64,000 nucleotides of DNA, taken from NCBI GenBank assembly GCA_036501845.1, contig DASXZO010000036.1, forward strand, positions 90,318 to 154,317, written 5' to 3'. Each line of letters opens with the position of its first letter. Position 1 is the first letter of the stretch. The notes beneath the pieces were generated by a model. It worked only from the letters and a program-made list of their open reading frames with translations, was not told the DNA's origin and ran no database searches. The stretch comes from Acidimicrobiia bacterium. Lineage in GTDB: Bacteria > Actinomycetota > Acidimicrobiia > IMCC26256 > PALSA-610. Positions 43,325 through 53,355 of the stretch are shown in pieces. The position numbers were made by a program, and so were the translations under genes.

Positions 43325-44218
43325 TTATTTGATCGGGCTCGAGGCGGTGCCGCCGGTGGTGCCGCCGAGCGCCGGGCACTCACCCGCGAACACACCCCAG
43401 CTGCACTTCCACGCCGGCACGACCCACGCGTGCACCATCCACGCGTTGGCCATCAGCTTGGCCGACTTCTGGCCGCCGATCAGCTCGCACGTCTTCGGGC
43501 TCATCGCCTCGCCGCCGACCACCGAGCCACCGCGCAAGCACAACCCGCCGTTGGCGTTGTGTTGGTGCCACACGTCGTTCGGGCCTGCGAAGCCCCGCGG
43601 CGGACCATCTGGGTGCCACACGAGGTAGCTCAGTCCGACGATGTGCGAATCCGGCTTGGTGCCGTCGTAGAGGAGCTCCGACGGCCTGGCCGGATCGAAC
43701 TGGTCGACGAGGCCGAGGTTCGTGAAGTGCGCGCCGATGCACGGCACGTACACCGTCGACTCCAGGTAACCGGCCTTCTCGGCCGACGCGACTGTCGGGT
43801 ACTCCGCAACCACCGACTTGGCCGCAGCCATCTGCTCGGTGAGCACCTTTTGGTCGGCCGCGGACACGGGCAGTTGCTGGAGTTCCCCCCGCGGGCCGTG
43901 CGAGTCGGGGTCGTCGTTGCTCGACGAACCGCCGCTGCCATTGCCCACCTCGCCCGGCGACGCCGGCGTGGGCGACGCCTTTTCGCACGGCGACTTCCCG
44001 GTTGCGGTCTGGGTGAGCACCTTGCGGCCATAGAAGGTGGACGAGTTCGCCGTGACCGCAGCCTTTGGCTTCGCCGTGGCCGCAGAAGGGTTGGTCGTCG
44101 AGCCCCCAGACGACGCACCCGACGACTTGCTCGCCGACGACGAGCAACCGGCGATCAGCGCAACGGCGAACGCCAGCACCGTGACGCTGCGCAAGCTGAG
44201 CGAGCTGCGTGGATTCAT
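43325..44218 (-). CDS. hypothetical lipoprotein
   Basis: MNPRSSLSLRSVTVLAFAVALIAGCSS has a lipobox. It is followed by a Ser/Gly/Ala-rich linker and a Cys-containing globular domain. Track ORF 43325..44251. Confidence 0.65.
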   Translation of the reverse strand: MNPRSSLSLRSVTVLAFAVALIAGCSSSASKSSGASSGGSTTNPSAATAKPKAAVTANSSTFYGRKVLTQTATGKSPCEKASPTPASPGEVGNGSGGSSSNDDPDSHGPRGELQQLPVSAADQKVLTEQMAAAKSVVAEYPTVASAEKAGYLESTVYVPCIGAHFTNLGLVDQFDPARPSELLYDGTKPDSHIVGLSYLVWHPDGPPRGFAGPNDVWHQHNANGGLCLRGGSVVGGEAMSPKTCELIGGQKSAKLMANAWMVHAWVVPAWKCSWGVFAGECPALGGTTGGTASSPIK

Positions 44219-44289
44219 GCGTCCCCCCGGGAGCGTGCACGACGAATGCAAACAGTACAGCCGGGCCGCGAGGGCGCGGGAGGCGAGCG

Positions 44290-45285
44290 CTACGCGAACC
44301 GCAGTGTGCGGCGCACTCGGTACGGGCGGCCGCGGGCGTCTTTTCTCAGCAAATCGGGGATCTCGGCCCGCGGTGCACGCCGCCCGCCGAGCCCTCCGGC
44401 CGCGAGCGCGAGGCGAACGACACGGTGGCGATGGGGGCGGAACGGCTCGAGCAGCTCGAGCATCCGCGCGTCGGCCTCGTGCCGGGGCACCCGTTCGCCC
44501 GTGAGCCCAGCCACGACGGCGCGCGGAATGTGCCAGTCACCCACAGGTACGGCGTCGGCGTCGCCGAGCACAGCCGCTCGCACCGCGGCCGACGTCCAGT
44601 GGCCCACGCCGGGGATCGCGCGCAAGCGACGGTCGAGCGCCGCTGGTCCGAGCGCAGCGGCGCGATCGAGCCCGCGCGCGTCGGCCGCGACTGCGCTGAG
44701 CGCTACGCCGCGCCGCATTTCGAGGTCGAGCGCGCGGCGCGCGCCGTCGCCGAGCTGCGCGACCACGTCGGGCGCGGGGAACTGGCGCAGACCGTTTGGT
44801 TGCGCGCCGGCAGGGCCGGGTGCGGGCGCGCCGTACCGCCGCACCAGCGCGTACCACGTGCGTCGCGCCTCCACTCCGGTGACGCGCTGTTCGATTACCG
44901 CCGCGGTCGCAACGTCGTACGCCGCCACAGTGCGGCCGAGCCGTACCGATCCGTGTTCGTCGACCAGCGCGCGCACGAGCGGGTCACGCGGGCAGAAGGC
45001 ATCGGGATCGTCGGCCATCCCCACGAGATCGGGCGCCTGCGCTACCGACCACTCCGCTCCGGAACCCCAAGCGACTGCGTCGATGGTGCAACGGTCGCTG
45101 CCCACGTGGAGATGCAAGGTCGCGGGACCGCACGGTGTGTGTTGCACGCGCCAGGCGTCGCGCGCTGCGAGCCGGAACGCGGGGTTGCGCGTGCCGTGCG
45201 CGAGCGGGCCGAGCGTGGCGAGCGTGGCGCCGAGATCGATGTGGAACGGTGCGACGAACGTGCGCCGGTGCGCCTTCGTGGTCAA
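44290..45285 (-). CDS. HhH-GPD DNA glycosylase (AlkA-like 3-methyladenine glycosylase II)
   Basis: Track ORF 44290..45498. LRAIPGVGHWTSAAV (HhH) and DADAVPVGDWHI are present. TTG 45285 overlaps the upstream stop (TTGA). Confidence 0.7.
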   Translation of the reverse strand: MTTKAHRRTFVAPFHIDLGATLATLGPLAHGTRNPAFRLAARDAWRVQHTPCGPATLHLHVGSDRCTIDAVAWGSGAEWSVAQAPDLVGMADDPDAFCPRDPLVRALVDEHGSVRLGRTVAAYDVATAAVIEQRVTGVEARRTWYALVRRYGAPAPGPAGAQPNGLRQFPAPDVVAQLGDGARRALDLEMRRGVALSAVAADARGLDRAAALGPAALDRRLRAIPGVGHWTSAAVRAAVLGDADAVPVGDWHIPRAVVAGLTGERVPRHEADARMLELLEPFRPHRHRVVRLALAAGGLGGRRAPRAEIPDLLRKDARGRPYRVRRTLRFA

Positions 45286-46820
45286 TTGACCAGTCGCTCC
45301 CGGCCTTCCCAATAGGGCGCACGAAGCTTGAACTTCTGGAGCTTGCCGGTTGCCGTGCGGGCAAGCTCGTCGCGAAACTCCACCTTCGTGGGGCACTTGT
45401 AGTGCGCCAGGCGTTCGCGGCAATGCGCCATGATGTCGTCCTCGGTCACAGCCGATCCCGGCGCGCACACCACGAGCGCGATCACCGTCTCGCCCCATTT
45501 CTCGTGGGGGATACCGATCACCGCCACTTCCGCCACCTCGGGATGCGAGAACACGCAGTCCTCGACCTCGATCGACGACACGTTCTCACCGCCCGAGATG
45601 ATCACGTCCTTCTTGCGGTCGAGGATCGACAAGTAGTACTCGTCGTCGATCGCACCGCCGTCGCCGGTGTGGAAGTAGCCGTCGACGATGGCGTCGGCCG
45701 TCGCCTCGGGTTGCTCCCAGTAACCGGCCATCACCACGTTCGAGCGCGCGAGCACTTCGCCCTGCGCGTCGATCTGCAGCGTCACGCCGAGCGCGGGCGC
45801 GCCGGCGCGTCCGAGCTTGGCCGCCCGTTCCGACGGCGAGAGGTCGTCGTACTCGGCGCGGCGACGGTTCATGGTGAGCAACGGCGCGGTTTCGGTGAGC
45901 CCGTAGATCTGGATGAACTCCCACCCGAGCTCTGTCTCCACCCGCTCGATCGTGCGGGTGGGCGGCGGTGCTCCGGCCACGACGATTCGCGTGCGACCCG
46001 CGCCCGGAATCGGCCCGTCCCACTGCGCAGCGGCATCGAGCACCGCGGCCACCACGGCCGGCGCGCCGTTGAGCAACGTGACGCCGTACGCGTCGATGCG
46101 GCGCAGGATCTCCACGCCGTCGATCTTGCGCAACACCACGTGGGTGCCGCCCATGCCGGTCACCGCGTACGGCATGCCCCAGCCGTTGCAGTGGAACATC
46201 GGCAGCGTGTGCAGATACACATCGCGATCGTTCACACCGGTTTGCCAGCCGAAAGTGGTGGCGTTCACCCACGCGTTGCGGTGCGTGATCTGCACGCCTT
46301 TCGGTCGCGCTGTGGTGCCGCTCGTGTAGTTGATCGTGGCCGTTGCGTCCTCGTCGGGGTCGCGCCACGCCCGAGGCTCGCGGTCGTATGCATACAGCGC
46401 CTCGTCGGATTCGGCGCCGAGCACGAAACGGTGCTTGGCGTCGACGCCCGCGAGGCTCTCGTCGAGTTCGGGGTCGACGAGCAACATCGACGCGCCGCTG
46501 TGCTCCACGATGTAGGCAATCTCGTCGGCGTTCAGACGGAAGTTGATCGGCACGAGCACGCGGCCGAACCCACTCACGCCGAAGAACGACGTCATCATTC
46601 GCGCGGCGTTGTGCGACACGATCGCGACGCGTTCACCCTCGCCGATGCCGAGCGCGTCGAGCCCTGCTGCCTGGGCGCGGGCCCGTGCTGCAACGTCGCG
46701 CCAGGTGAGCGTCCCCCAGCTCGGCGCCGGCTGATCGGGCTCGTCGACGATGCCGACGCGGGCGCCGTACACCCGCTCGGCTCGGTCGATGAAATCGTTG
46801 AGAGTGAGCGGCACGCGCAT
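45282..46820 (-). CDS. AMP-dependent acyl-CoA synthetase/ligase
   Basis: Track ORF of 512 aa. The AMP-binding motif is YTSGTTARPKGV; GYWE...TGD and a C-terminal ...GK..K motif are also present. Confidence 0.9.
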   Translation of the reverse strand: MRVPLTLNDFIDRAERVYGARVGIVDEPDQPAPSWGTLTWRDVAARARAQAAGLDALGIGEGERVAIVSHNAARMMTSFFGVSGFGRVLVPINFRLNADEIAYIVEHSGASMLLVDPELDESLAGVDAKHRFVLGAESDEALYAYDREPRAWRDPDEDATATINYTSGTTARPKGVQITHRNAWVNATTFGWQTGVNDRDVYLHTLPMFHCNGWGMPYAVTGMGGTHVVLRKIDGVEILRRIDAYGVTLLNGAPAVVAAVLDAAAQWDGPIPGAGRTRIVVAGAPPPTRTIERVETELGWEFIQIYGLTETAPLLTMNRRRAEYDDLSPSERAAKLGRAGAPALGVTLQIDAQGEVLARSNVVMAGYWEQPEATADAIVDGYFHTGDGGAIDDEYYLSILDRKKDVIISGGENVSSIEVEDCVFSHPEVAEVAVIGIPHEKWGETVIALVVCAPGSAVTEDDIMAHCRERLAHYKCPTKVEFRDELARTATGKLQKFKLRAPYWEGRERLVN

Positions 46821-46848
46821 GCCGCGCAGCGTAACGAAGTTCCGCGCT

Positions 46849-46894
46849 TCTGGGTGCAGAAGACCCGCCGAAGCGGGGCTGCTGCACCCGGGAC
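46849..46894. repeat. 46-nt palindromic intergenic repeat, copy B
   Basis: TTCTGGGTGCAGAAGACCCGCCGAAGCGGGGCTGCTGCACCCGGGA. It is about 85% identical to copy C and has the same length and arm structure. Confidence 0.8.
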
Positions 46895-46898
46895 GCGA

Positions 46899-48041
46899 TT
46901 AGGTGGCCGCGCAGGCTGCGGCGCGGCTGGCGATCGCGGTGGTGCGGCGCCCTTCCACGAGGATGTTCTGCTCGAGGCCGTTGGTGAGGAACACGAACGA
47001 GATGCCGGTGTCGGGGTCGGCGAACGCGATCTGACCGCCGGCGCCGTTGTGCCCGAATGCGCGCGGCGACACCGTGCGGCCCATCCCGCGCAGCTGTGAA
47101 CGGCCATCGTCGCCGGCCACCACGAGCCCGAGCGTGCGGTTCGCGGACGTGCCCATGTAGTCCTTCAGGTGATTGCGCACATGCACGGTGAACTCGTAGA
47201 GCGCGTTGGCCGAGAGCAGCGGCGGCGAACCCGCGAGCAGCGCTTGGTAGAAGCAGGCCAGGTCGGTGGCATTCGACACGCCGCCGCCGCCGGGCACGCC
47301 GAGGGCACGCGCTTCAGGTCGGTTGAACTGCAGCAACGCCTCGGCGGTCACGTCGGTGACCGGCAGCGAGCGGATCCCGATCGCCTTTTCGAGCTCGTCG
47401 GCGCTCACCAATTCACCCACCTTCTCCAGCTCGCAGATGTCGGCCTGCTCATCGAGCGGCACACCGAGCTGGAAGCGCTCGAGCCCGATCGGCGCCAGCA
47501 CGCGCTCGGCGACGAACGAGGTGTAGGGCACACCCGAGGTGCGCTCGATCAGCTCGGCGAGCACCCAATGCGCCGACGTCGGGTGGTACTCGTAGTGGGT
47601 TCCGGGCTCCCAGTTGAGGCGCCAGCGCGCGAACGCTTCCAACCGGCCTTCGCGCGTGTCCCAGCGCGGCGGACCGAGCGGTGCACGCGGAAAGCCCGAC
47701 GTGTGCAACATCACCTGCTCCACGGTGATCGCGTCTTTGCCGTTCGCGCCGAACTCCGGGATGTAGTGCGCCACCGTCTCGTCGATCTTCACCGCGCCCT
47801 CGTCGAGCACGATCCACATCGCCGTCGCCACGATTGCTTTGGTGGCCGAGAAGATCACATAGCGCGACGTGGCCGGCGCGCCGATCGTGGTGACCGCGCC
47901 CACCACTCCGTTGCGCGCCAGCGCGAGTTGGCACGACGGCAAACGGCCCTCGTCGACCTCGCGTTGGGCCCGGTCGACGAGGTCCTCCACCTTGGCCCGG
48001 TCGAGTCCGGCGGCCTGGATGTCATCGATCTCGAGCTGCAT
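46899..48041 (-). CDS. serine hydrolase (beta-lactamase / class C esterase family)
   Basis: Track ORF of 380 aa with the SxxK motif in YVIFSATKAIVATAMW. Confidence 0.85.
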   Translation of the reverse strand: MQLEIDDIQAAGLDRAKVEDLVDRAQREVDEGRLPSCQLALARNGVVGAVTTIGAPATSRYVIFSATKAIVATAMWIVLDEGAVKIDETVAHYIPEFGANGKDAITVEQVMLHTSGFPRAPLGPPRWDTREGRLEAFARWRLNWEPGTHYEYHPTSAHWVLAELIERTSGVPYTSFVAERVLAPIGLERFQLGVPLDEQADICELEKVGELVSADELEKAIGIRSLPVTDVTAEALLQFNRPEARALGVPGGGGVSNATDLACFYQALLAGSPPLLSANALYEFTVHVRNHLKDYMGTSANRTLGLVVAGDDGRSQLRGMGRTVSPRAFGHNGAGGQIAFADPDTGISFVFLTNGLEQNILVEGRRTTAIASRAAACAAT

Positions 48042-48068
48042 GAGCCCGGACGGTACTGCTCGCCGGGT

Positions 48069-49307
48069 CTACGCGCCTCGGCCCGCGAACGACGACGCCA
48101 TCTCGCGCCGGTACCAGTCGTAGAAGTGCGCCGTGCCCGCCTCGGGCGCGAGGCCGGTGAGATTCGTGTGGTAGGGCACCACGTCGAGGTCGAGGTTTCG
48201 CGCGGTGCACACGCCTTCGTAGCGGCTCTCGATGAGCACGCCATCCTCGGCACCGGTCTCGTCGAACGCGGTCTTCATCGCCGCGGGCAAGCCAGGAACC
48301 AGCATCTCCATGTCGGTGGGCACGCAGTAATGCGCTCGGTTCACGTGCGTGTCGGGCCCCGTGGGGATCACGATCGACAGCACGCGCAGGCCTTGGTAGA
48401 GCTCGATCATGATGTTCGGGTAGAGGCCGACCCACGCCACCGCAAAGTCGCCCATCGCCTCGCCCCGTGCCGCGTGGTAGCGCTCGAGGCCCTGGTGCCA
48501 CTGCGTGTACATGGCCGAGCCGCTGCCGCGGTCGGCGTGCATATCGAGGAACTGCACGTGGAAGTTCGGGCCGAACGTCCAGTCGAGCGTGGCGCAATCG
48601 GTGAACGACGCCAGGCCTTCGTGGTACGGCGGCACGTGGTAGCAGTCGCCGAACACTTCGAGGAAGGTCTTCCAGTCGGCGTGGTACTCGGCATCGTCGG
48701 TGGCGTACACGCTCCATCCGTCGAAGTCGAGGTGCTCCGACAGCCCGCGCTCCGCGAAGTCGGCATCGATGCGCGCAAGGTCGGCCTCGTACTCGGCGCG
48801 CCGGGCCGCGTCGATCGCGAAGTGGAAGCCGTGCCACGACACGACCTCGAAGCGCGAAAGGCTGAGCTGCTCCTTGAGCGCGTCGGCCTCGGCACCGTTG
48901 CCGAACGTGATGTCGCGGCCGCCGATCAGTGAACCGTCCTTGCGGAACGACCACTGGTGGAACGGGCACGTGATGCACGACTTGTCGCGCAGTTCGTCGT
49001 CGCCCACGAGCGGCCGCAGCGAATGGGTGCAGAGGTTCGCGACCGCGCCCACATCGCCGCACTCGTCGCGCGTCAGCACCACACGCGGGTCGCCGTCGGC
49101 GCGCCGGTAGCCCTTGCCCGGCAGTAATACGTCGTGACCCACGTAGAGCATGCCGCCACCGGGCCGCAACACCGAGCGCTGCTCGCGCGCGAACCACTCG
49201 GGATCACCGAATGTGTCGATCGGCAGCGGCGCGACGTCATCGGCCCGGAAGCTGTAGCCGGGGCGATCCCAGACGCTGGTCAAGGGCACCACGCTAGGAC
49301 CGGCCAC
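48069..49307 (-). CDS. Rieske [2Fe-2S] non-haem-iron oxygenase, alpha-subunit type
   Basis: Track ORF of 412 aa. The Rieske motif is CTHSLRPL...CPFHQW. The mononuclear iron site is FGDCYHVPPYH. Confidence 0.85.
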   Translation of the reverse strand: MAGPSVVPLTSVWDRPGYSFRADDVAPLPIDTFGDPEWFAREQRSVLRPGGGMLYVGHDVLLPGKGYRRADGDPRVVLTRDECGDVGAVANLCTHSLRPLVGDDELRDKSCITCPFHQWSFRKDGSLIGGRDITFGNGAEADALKEQLSLSRFEVVSWHGFHFAIDAARRAEYEADLARIDADFAERGLSEHLDFDGWSVYATDDAEYHADWKTFLEVFGDCYHVPPYHEGLASFTDCATLDWTFGPNFHVQFLDMHADRGSGSAMYTQWHQGLERYHAARGEAMGDFAVAWVGLYPNIMIELYQGLRVLSIVIPTGPDTHVNRAHYCVPTDMEMLVPGLPAAMKTAFDETGAEDGVLIESRYEGVCTARNLDLDVVPYHTNLTGLAPEAGTAHFYDWYRREMASSFAGRGA

Positions 49308-49427
49308 TCCCTCTACTACGACAGGGCAACCGTTGAGATTCGCCGAGGATGCGAAGATTTGGTGATCAACACCGGTTGCCGGCGCTGTGACCGGCCGCTT
49401 CGCAAGATTCCGGGTGATCAGAATTGT

Positions 49428-51023
49428 TCACACGTTCGGCGCGTGCCAGCCCGGTGGCGGGATCGTCGACACCAGCACGTAGTGCTCGCCCGACCACCAC
49501 GCCTCGTACGTGACCACACCACTGCGCCATTTGGTGGCGCGCACGAGCTTGCCGCGGGGGTCGTAGGTGAGGTCGCGCTCACGCACTCGCGTGGTCGTGA
49601 GGATCGCCGGCGCGGCCTGCCCCGGCCGCAGGGCCACCGACACCACGAGGCGTTCGGCGTCGTAGTCGGCAACGGTGAGCGATGTGTTGCGGTGACCGTT
49701 GATCTCGGTGAGCAGCGATTGCAGATGCGACCGATCGGCCGACTCGATGGCGAGCGCCACCGACCTCGTACGTTCGGCCTCCTCCTGGATCACGAAGTCG
49801 TCGGCCACGTCATGCGCGATCGCCCGGGCCGTGCCCGCGTCGATCTGCTCGGACAATTGGTCGTGCACCACGCTCACTGTGGGCATGTGCGGGATGCGCA
49901 CGAGGCCGGGCCGGGCGTGGGAGCCCGCGACCTGGTCCGGCAACCCCGTGTGGGTATGGCCAGGCGTATCAGCGCCGTACGCACCGGCGGCGACGACACC
50001 TACCGACGCCAGGCCAGCCACCACGATCACCCCCAGACGGCGCGACGGGCGCCGTTTGGGGGCCGTAGAGGGGACCGAAACGACGCCCCGGGCGGTGCGG
50101 CGGCGGGCGATCAACCACTCGATCACCGGACGCGCCGCACACACGATCACGAGCGACCCGAGCACCGCCACCTTCGAGGCGTACTCGGTGCGTTGCGGCG
50201 CCACGAGCAATGCGGCGAGCACGCCGATCGCCACGCCGTAGACGACGCGCGCGGTACTCGTGGTGGGCGCGGTCTTCGGGTCGGTGATCATGAAGCAGGC
50301 GAACACGAACACCTCGGGTGAGGTGACGAGCACCCACCAAAACGCCGCGCCGCCCATCGGACCGACGTGCCAGTGCGCGGTCATGTCGTGGCCGAGCGCC
50401 GCAACCATCGCGAGCACGATCGCGAACGGCACGATGAACGCGAGGGCGACGCGCAGCATGCCCAGCCGCGACAGGATCACCACCGCGCCGACGACGATCA
50501 CGCACAGCGCCAGCATCACCCCCCACGACACCGGGCCCCACCAGAAGTCGAGCGGTTCCACGTGCTTCGGTCCGAGCACGAGGAACACGATCACCAGCGC
50601 GATGTTCGACGGGTTGAAGATGTGCGAGCCGTGCACACGCACGAGATACTTCGACAACATCGCGATCAGGCCGGTGCCGGCAAAGATCCACGCACCGCGC
50701 ATGCTCCACCAGTCGCCGTGCTGGGTTCCCGGCACTCGCAACACGAAAGCGATGCCGTTGCCGGTGAGCATGGCGCTCGCCGGCCAGATGAGCGCATGCC
50801 GCCGCACGAACGTGACGACCACTTCGATGAGCGCGCACGTGAGGATCGATACGAGGATCTGCGCGATCGACACGTCGAAGTGCAGCAGCGTCTGACCCAG
50901 CACCTGCAACGTGATCACCACGCTCGCGATCCACAGCCGCGGGTCGTGGACCGATGGCCCGGCAACGGTGATCGGCCGACGGGGCGCGGCCACCGCTTCG
51001 GGCGGAGCCTGCACCGCGGTCAC
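49428..51023 (-). CDS. orphan RnfD/NqrB-like polytopic membrane protein with ~190-aa C-terminal soluble extension
   Basis: Track ORF of 531 aa. HIFNPSNIALV and CFMITDPKTAPTTSTARVVYGVAIGVL match the NQR2/RnfD/RnfE family blocks (..FNPA.. and FF.ATDP.T.P.T). I did not find the FMN-attachment S/TGAT motif. Confidence 0.6.
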   Translation of the reverse strand: MTAVQAPPEAVAAPRRPITVAGPSVHDPRLWIASVVITLQVLGQTLLHFDVSIAQILVSILTCALIEVVVTFVRRHALIWPASAMLTGNGIAFVLRVPGTQHGDWWSMRGAWIFAGTGLIAMLSKYLVRVHGSHIFNPSNIALVIVFLVLGPKHVEPLDFWWGPVSWGVMLALCVIVVGAVVILSRLGMLRVALAFIVPFAIVLAMVAALGHDMTAHWHVGPMGGAAFWWVLVTSPEVFVFACFMITDPKTAPTTSTARVVYGVAIGVLAALLVAPQRTEYASKVAVLGSLVIVCAARPVIEWLIARRRTARGVVSVPSTAPKRRPSRRLGVIVVAGLASVGVVAAGAYGADTPGHTHTGLPDQVAGSHARPGLVRIPHMPTVSVVHDQLSEQIDAGTARAIAHDVADDFVIQEEAERTRSVALAIESADRSHLQSLLTEINGHRNTSLTVADYDAERLVVSVALRPGQAAPAILTTTRVRERDLTYDPRGKLVRATKWRSGVVTYEAWWSGEHYVLVSTIPPPGWHAPNV

Positions 51024-51094
51024 ACACCATTATCGCGGCCGGCCCGAGCCGAGTTCATGCGGATGGACGATCAGGACGGCCGCCGCGCCAGCCG

Positions 51095-52429
51095 ATGTCG
51101 CATGCCAACGAGGTGGGGGAACCAATGCAGACAGACCTTCGATTGGCACGCAGCGAGGCCGGCCCGCGCGATCCGCTGACCGGCCTCGCGAGCCGGGGCG
51201 CGCTGGAGCGCAGTATCGACGGCCACCTGGCACACGGCACGCGGCTCGCTGTGCTGCTCCTCGACCTCGATCGATTCAAGGAGGTGAACGACACGCTCGG
51301 TCACCTCGCGGGCGACGCGCTGTTGCGCGAACTGGCGGCCCGGCTCGAGCGCTCGCTCGACCCCACTGACACGAGTGCCCGGTTCGGCGGCGACGAGTTC
51401 GCAGTGGTGCTCCCGGGTGTGCGCGACAGCGAGGAGGCGTACGAGCGAGCCACGACCATCCGGCGTGAACTCGCCCGGCCAGTTCGGCTCGGCGACGTGC
51501 GCGTCGAGATCGAGGCAAGTATCGGCATGGCCATCGCGCCCGACGACGGCGACGAGACCGCCGCGCTCTTGCACCGCGCCGACGTGGCGATGTACGAGGC
51601 GAAGCGGGCGCGCCGCGGCGTGGCGCGTTACGACGTCGCCCACGACCCACGGTCCGACGCGCATCTCGCCTTCGCGAGCGCGTTACACGAGGCGCTCACC
51701 AGCGGCGCGATCGTGGTGCACTACCAGCCGATCGCGCGCTTCGACGGCACGGTGGTGCGCGTGGAAGCGCTCGCGCGCTGGCATCACGCCCAGCTCGGCA
51801 TGATCGAACCGTCGAGGTTCATCCTCGGCGCGGAGCAGAGCGGCTTGATCGGCCGGCTCACCGACTACGTGCTCGATCAGGCCTTGCACGACGCGCGCCG
51901 CTGGCGCGCACATGGCCACGCGCGTGTCGGCGTTGCGGTGAACGTGGCGGCGGCCAACCTCGTGGACGGCCGCTTCCCTGCTCGCGTCGCTGCGTTGCTC
52001 GCAGCGCGACGGCTGCCGGCCGCCAAGGTGACGCTCGAGCTGCGGGAGGCGAGCGTGCCGACGCTCGATCGTGCGCGCGTCGTGCTCGACGATCTCGCCG
52101 GGCTCGGCGTGCGTCTCTCGGTCGATGACTTCGGCCGAGCACCGTCGTCGCTCACCATGCTCCCGGGGCTGCGCGCCCACGAGGTGAAGCTCGATCGCGC
52201 CGTCGTGCAGGGGTTGCTCAACCACAGCGGCGGTTCCCGGCGTCTCGCCGCGGCGATCATCGCGGCGTCACACGCGCTCGGGCTCACTGTGGTTGCGAAG
52301 GGCGTCGAGGCCGCGCCGGTGTGGGACGGCCTTGCCGATCTGCAGTGCGACGCGGCCCAGGGCTTTCATCTCTGCCGCCCGCTCCCGGCGGACGACCTCC
52401 TGCAATGGCTTCGCCGCCGCGCCATGTGA
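51095..52429 (+). CDS. GGDEF-EAL protein (diguanylate cyclase/phosphodiesterase), no sensor domain
   Basis: Track ORF of 444 aa. RFGGDEFAV, the EAL motif (VEALARW) and DDFGRAPSSL are present. An alternative ATG lies at 51125. Confidence 0.85.
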   Translation: MSHANEVGEPMQTDLRLARSEAGPRDPLTGLASRGALERSIDGHLAHGTRLAVLLLDLDRFKEVNDTLGHLAGDALLRELAARLERSLDPTDTSARFGGDEFAVVLPGVRDSEEAYERATTIRRELARPVRLGDVRVEIEASIGMAIAPDDGDETAALLHRADVAMYEAKRARRGVARYDVAHDPRSDAHLAFASALHEALTSGAIVVHYQPIARFDGTVVRVEALARWHHAQLGMIEPSRFILGAEQSGLIGRLTDYVLDQALHDARRWRAHGHARVGVAVNVAAANLVDGRFPARVAALLAARRLPAAKVTLELREASVPTLDRARVVLDDLAGLGVRLSVDDFGRAPSSLTMLPGLRAHEVKLDRAVVQGLLNHSGGSRRLAAAIIAASHALGLTVVAKGVEAAPVWDGLADLQCDAAQGFHLCRPLPADDLLQWLRRRAM

Positions 52430-52466
52430 TGGGCTGAGCGCCACACTGAACCGAGGAGACCGGGCG

Positions 52467-53282
52467 ATGGACGACGTATTGGGCTACGCGGGCAAGCAGG
52501 TGATCGTCACCGGCGCCGCATCGGGCATGGGCGCGGCCACTGCGGCGCTGCTCGTGAGAGTCGGGGCCGAGGTGACGGCCTTCGACGTGAAGCCCACGGA
52601 GCTCGAAGGCGTGACCTCGCGGCTGATCGATCTGCGCGACGCGACATCGATCGACGCGGCGGTTGCCGCGATCGACCATCCCGTCGACGCGGTGTTCAGT
52701 GTGGCGGGCCTCCCCGGCGCGCCGTTCTCCGACGTCGACACCGTGACCGTGAACTACATCGGCGCGCGCCGCCTCATCGAGGGCCTCGTGCCGAAGATGT
52801 CACACGGCGCGGCTGCGGCGTGCGTGGCGTCGAACGCCGGCCTCGGCTGGCAGCAGGAGCTCGAGACGCTGATTCCGTTCGTCGCGATCGACGATTTCGA
52901 CGACGCCAAGAAGTGGGTCGAGGAAAATCCGAAGAAGGTTCTCCAGGGATATCTGTTCTCCAAAAAGGCGATCAATGCATGGGTCGCGTGGCGGGCCGGA
53001 GCACTGATGAAGCTCGGCGTTCGTTTGAACTGCACGAATCCTGGTCCGACCGAGACGGCGATGATGCCGTTCTTCGAAGATCAGAACGGCAAGGACCTCA
53101 TCGACGCGTTCGTGGGGCCCGCGGGCCGGCGCTCGACGGCCGAGGAGCAGGCCTGGCCACTGCTGTTCCTCAACAGCCCGCATTCGAGCTACGTCGCCGG
53201 CGAGGCGATCCACGTGGACGGCGGGTTCCTCGGTGCGATGACGACCGGACAGCTCGAGGTGAACCTGCCCGACATGGGGTGA
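52467..53282 (+). CDS. SDR-family oxidoreductase
   Basis: MDDVLGYAGKQVIVTGAASGMGAATA.... GAGGAG lies 9 nt upstream of ATG 52467. This is the C-terminal part of track ORF 52293..53282. Confidence 0.8.
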   Translation: MDDVLGYAGKQVIVTGAASGMGAATAALLVRVGAEVTAFDVKPTELEGVTSRLIDLRDATSIDAAVAAIDHPVDAVFSVAGLPGAPFSDVDTVTVNYIGARRLIEGLVPKMSHGAAAACVASNAGLGWQQELETLIPFVAIDDFDDAKKWVEENPKKVLQGYLFSKKAINAWVAWRAGALMKLGVRLNCTNPGPTETAMMPFFEDQNGKDLIDAFVGPAGRRSTAEEQAWPLLFLNSPHSSYVAGEAIHVDGGFLGAMTTGQLEVNLPDMG

Positions 53283-53355
53283 TCGCCAGGATTCTGAACC
53301 TTTCGGGCAGCCCTTCCGTATCGACGGGCGACAGCAGTCCGGAGGGAGAGTCCAT

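Noticed and set aside
43313-43327. TAACCCCAGGGGTTA palindrome between convergent genes, considered as a terminator.
   Set aside because: The effective stem is only about 5 bp with a tiny loop, and it overlaps both stop codons. It is too weak to list as a feature.
43430-45289. 619-aa (43430..45289) and 654-aa (45135..47099) plus-strand ORFs.
   Set aside because: They are antisense to the lipoprotein, AlkA-like and acyl-CoA ligase genes, all of which carry clear family motifs. Their composition is Arg/Ala/Gly-biased.
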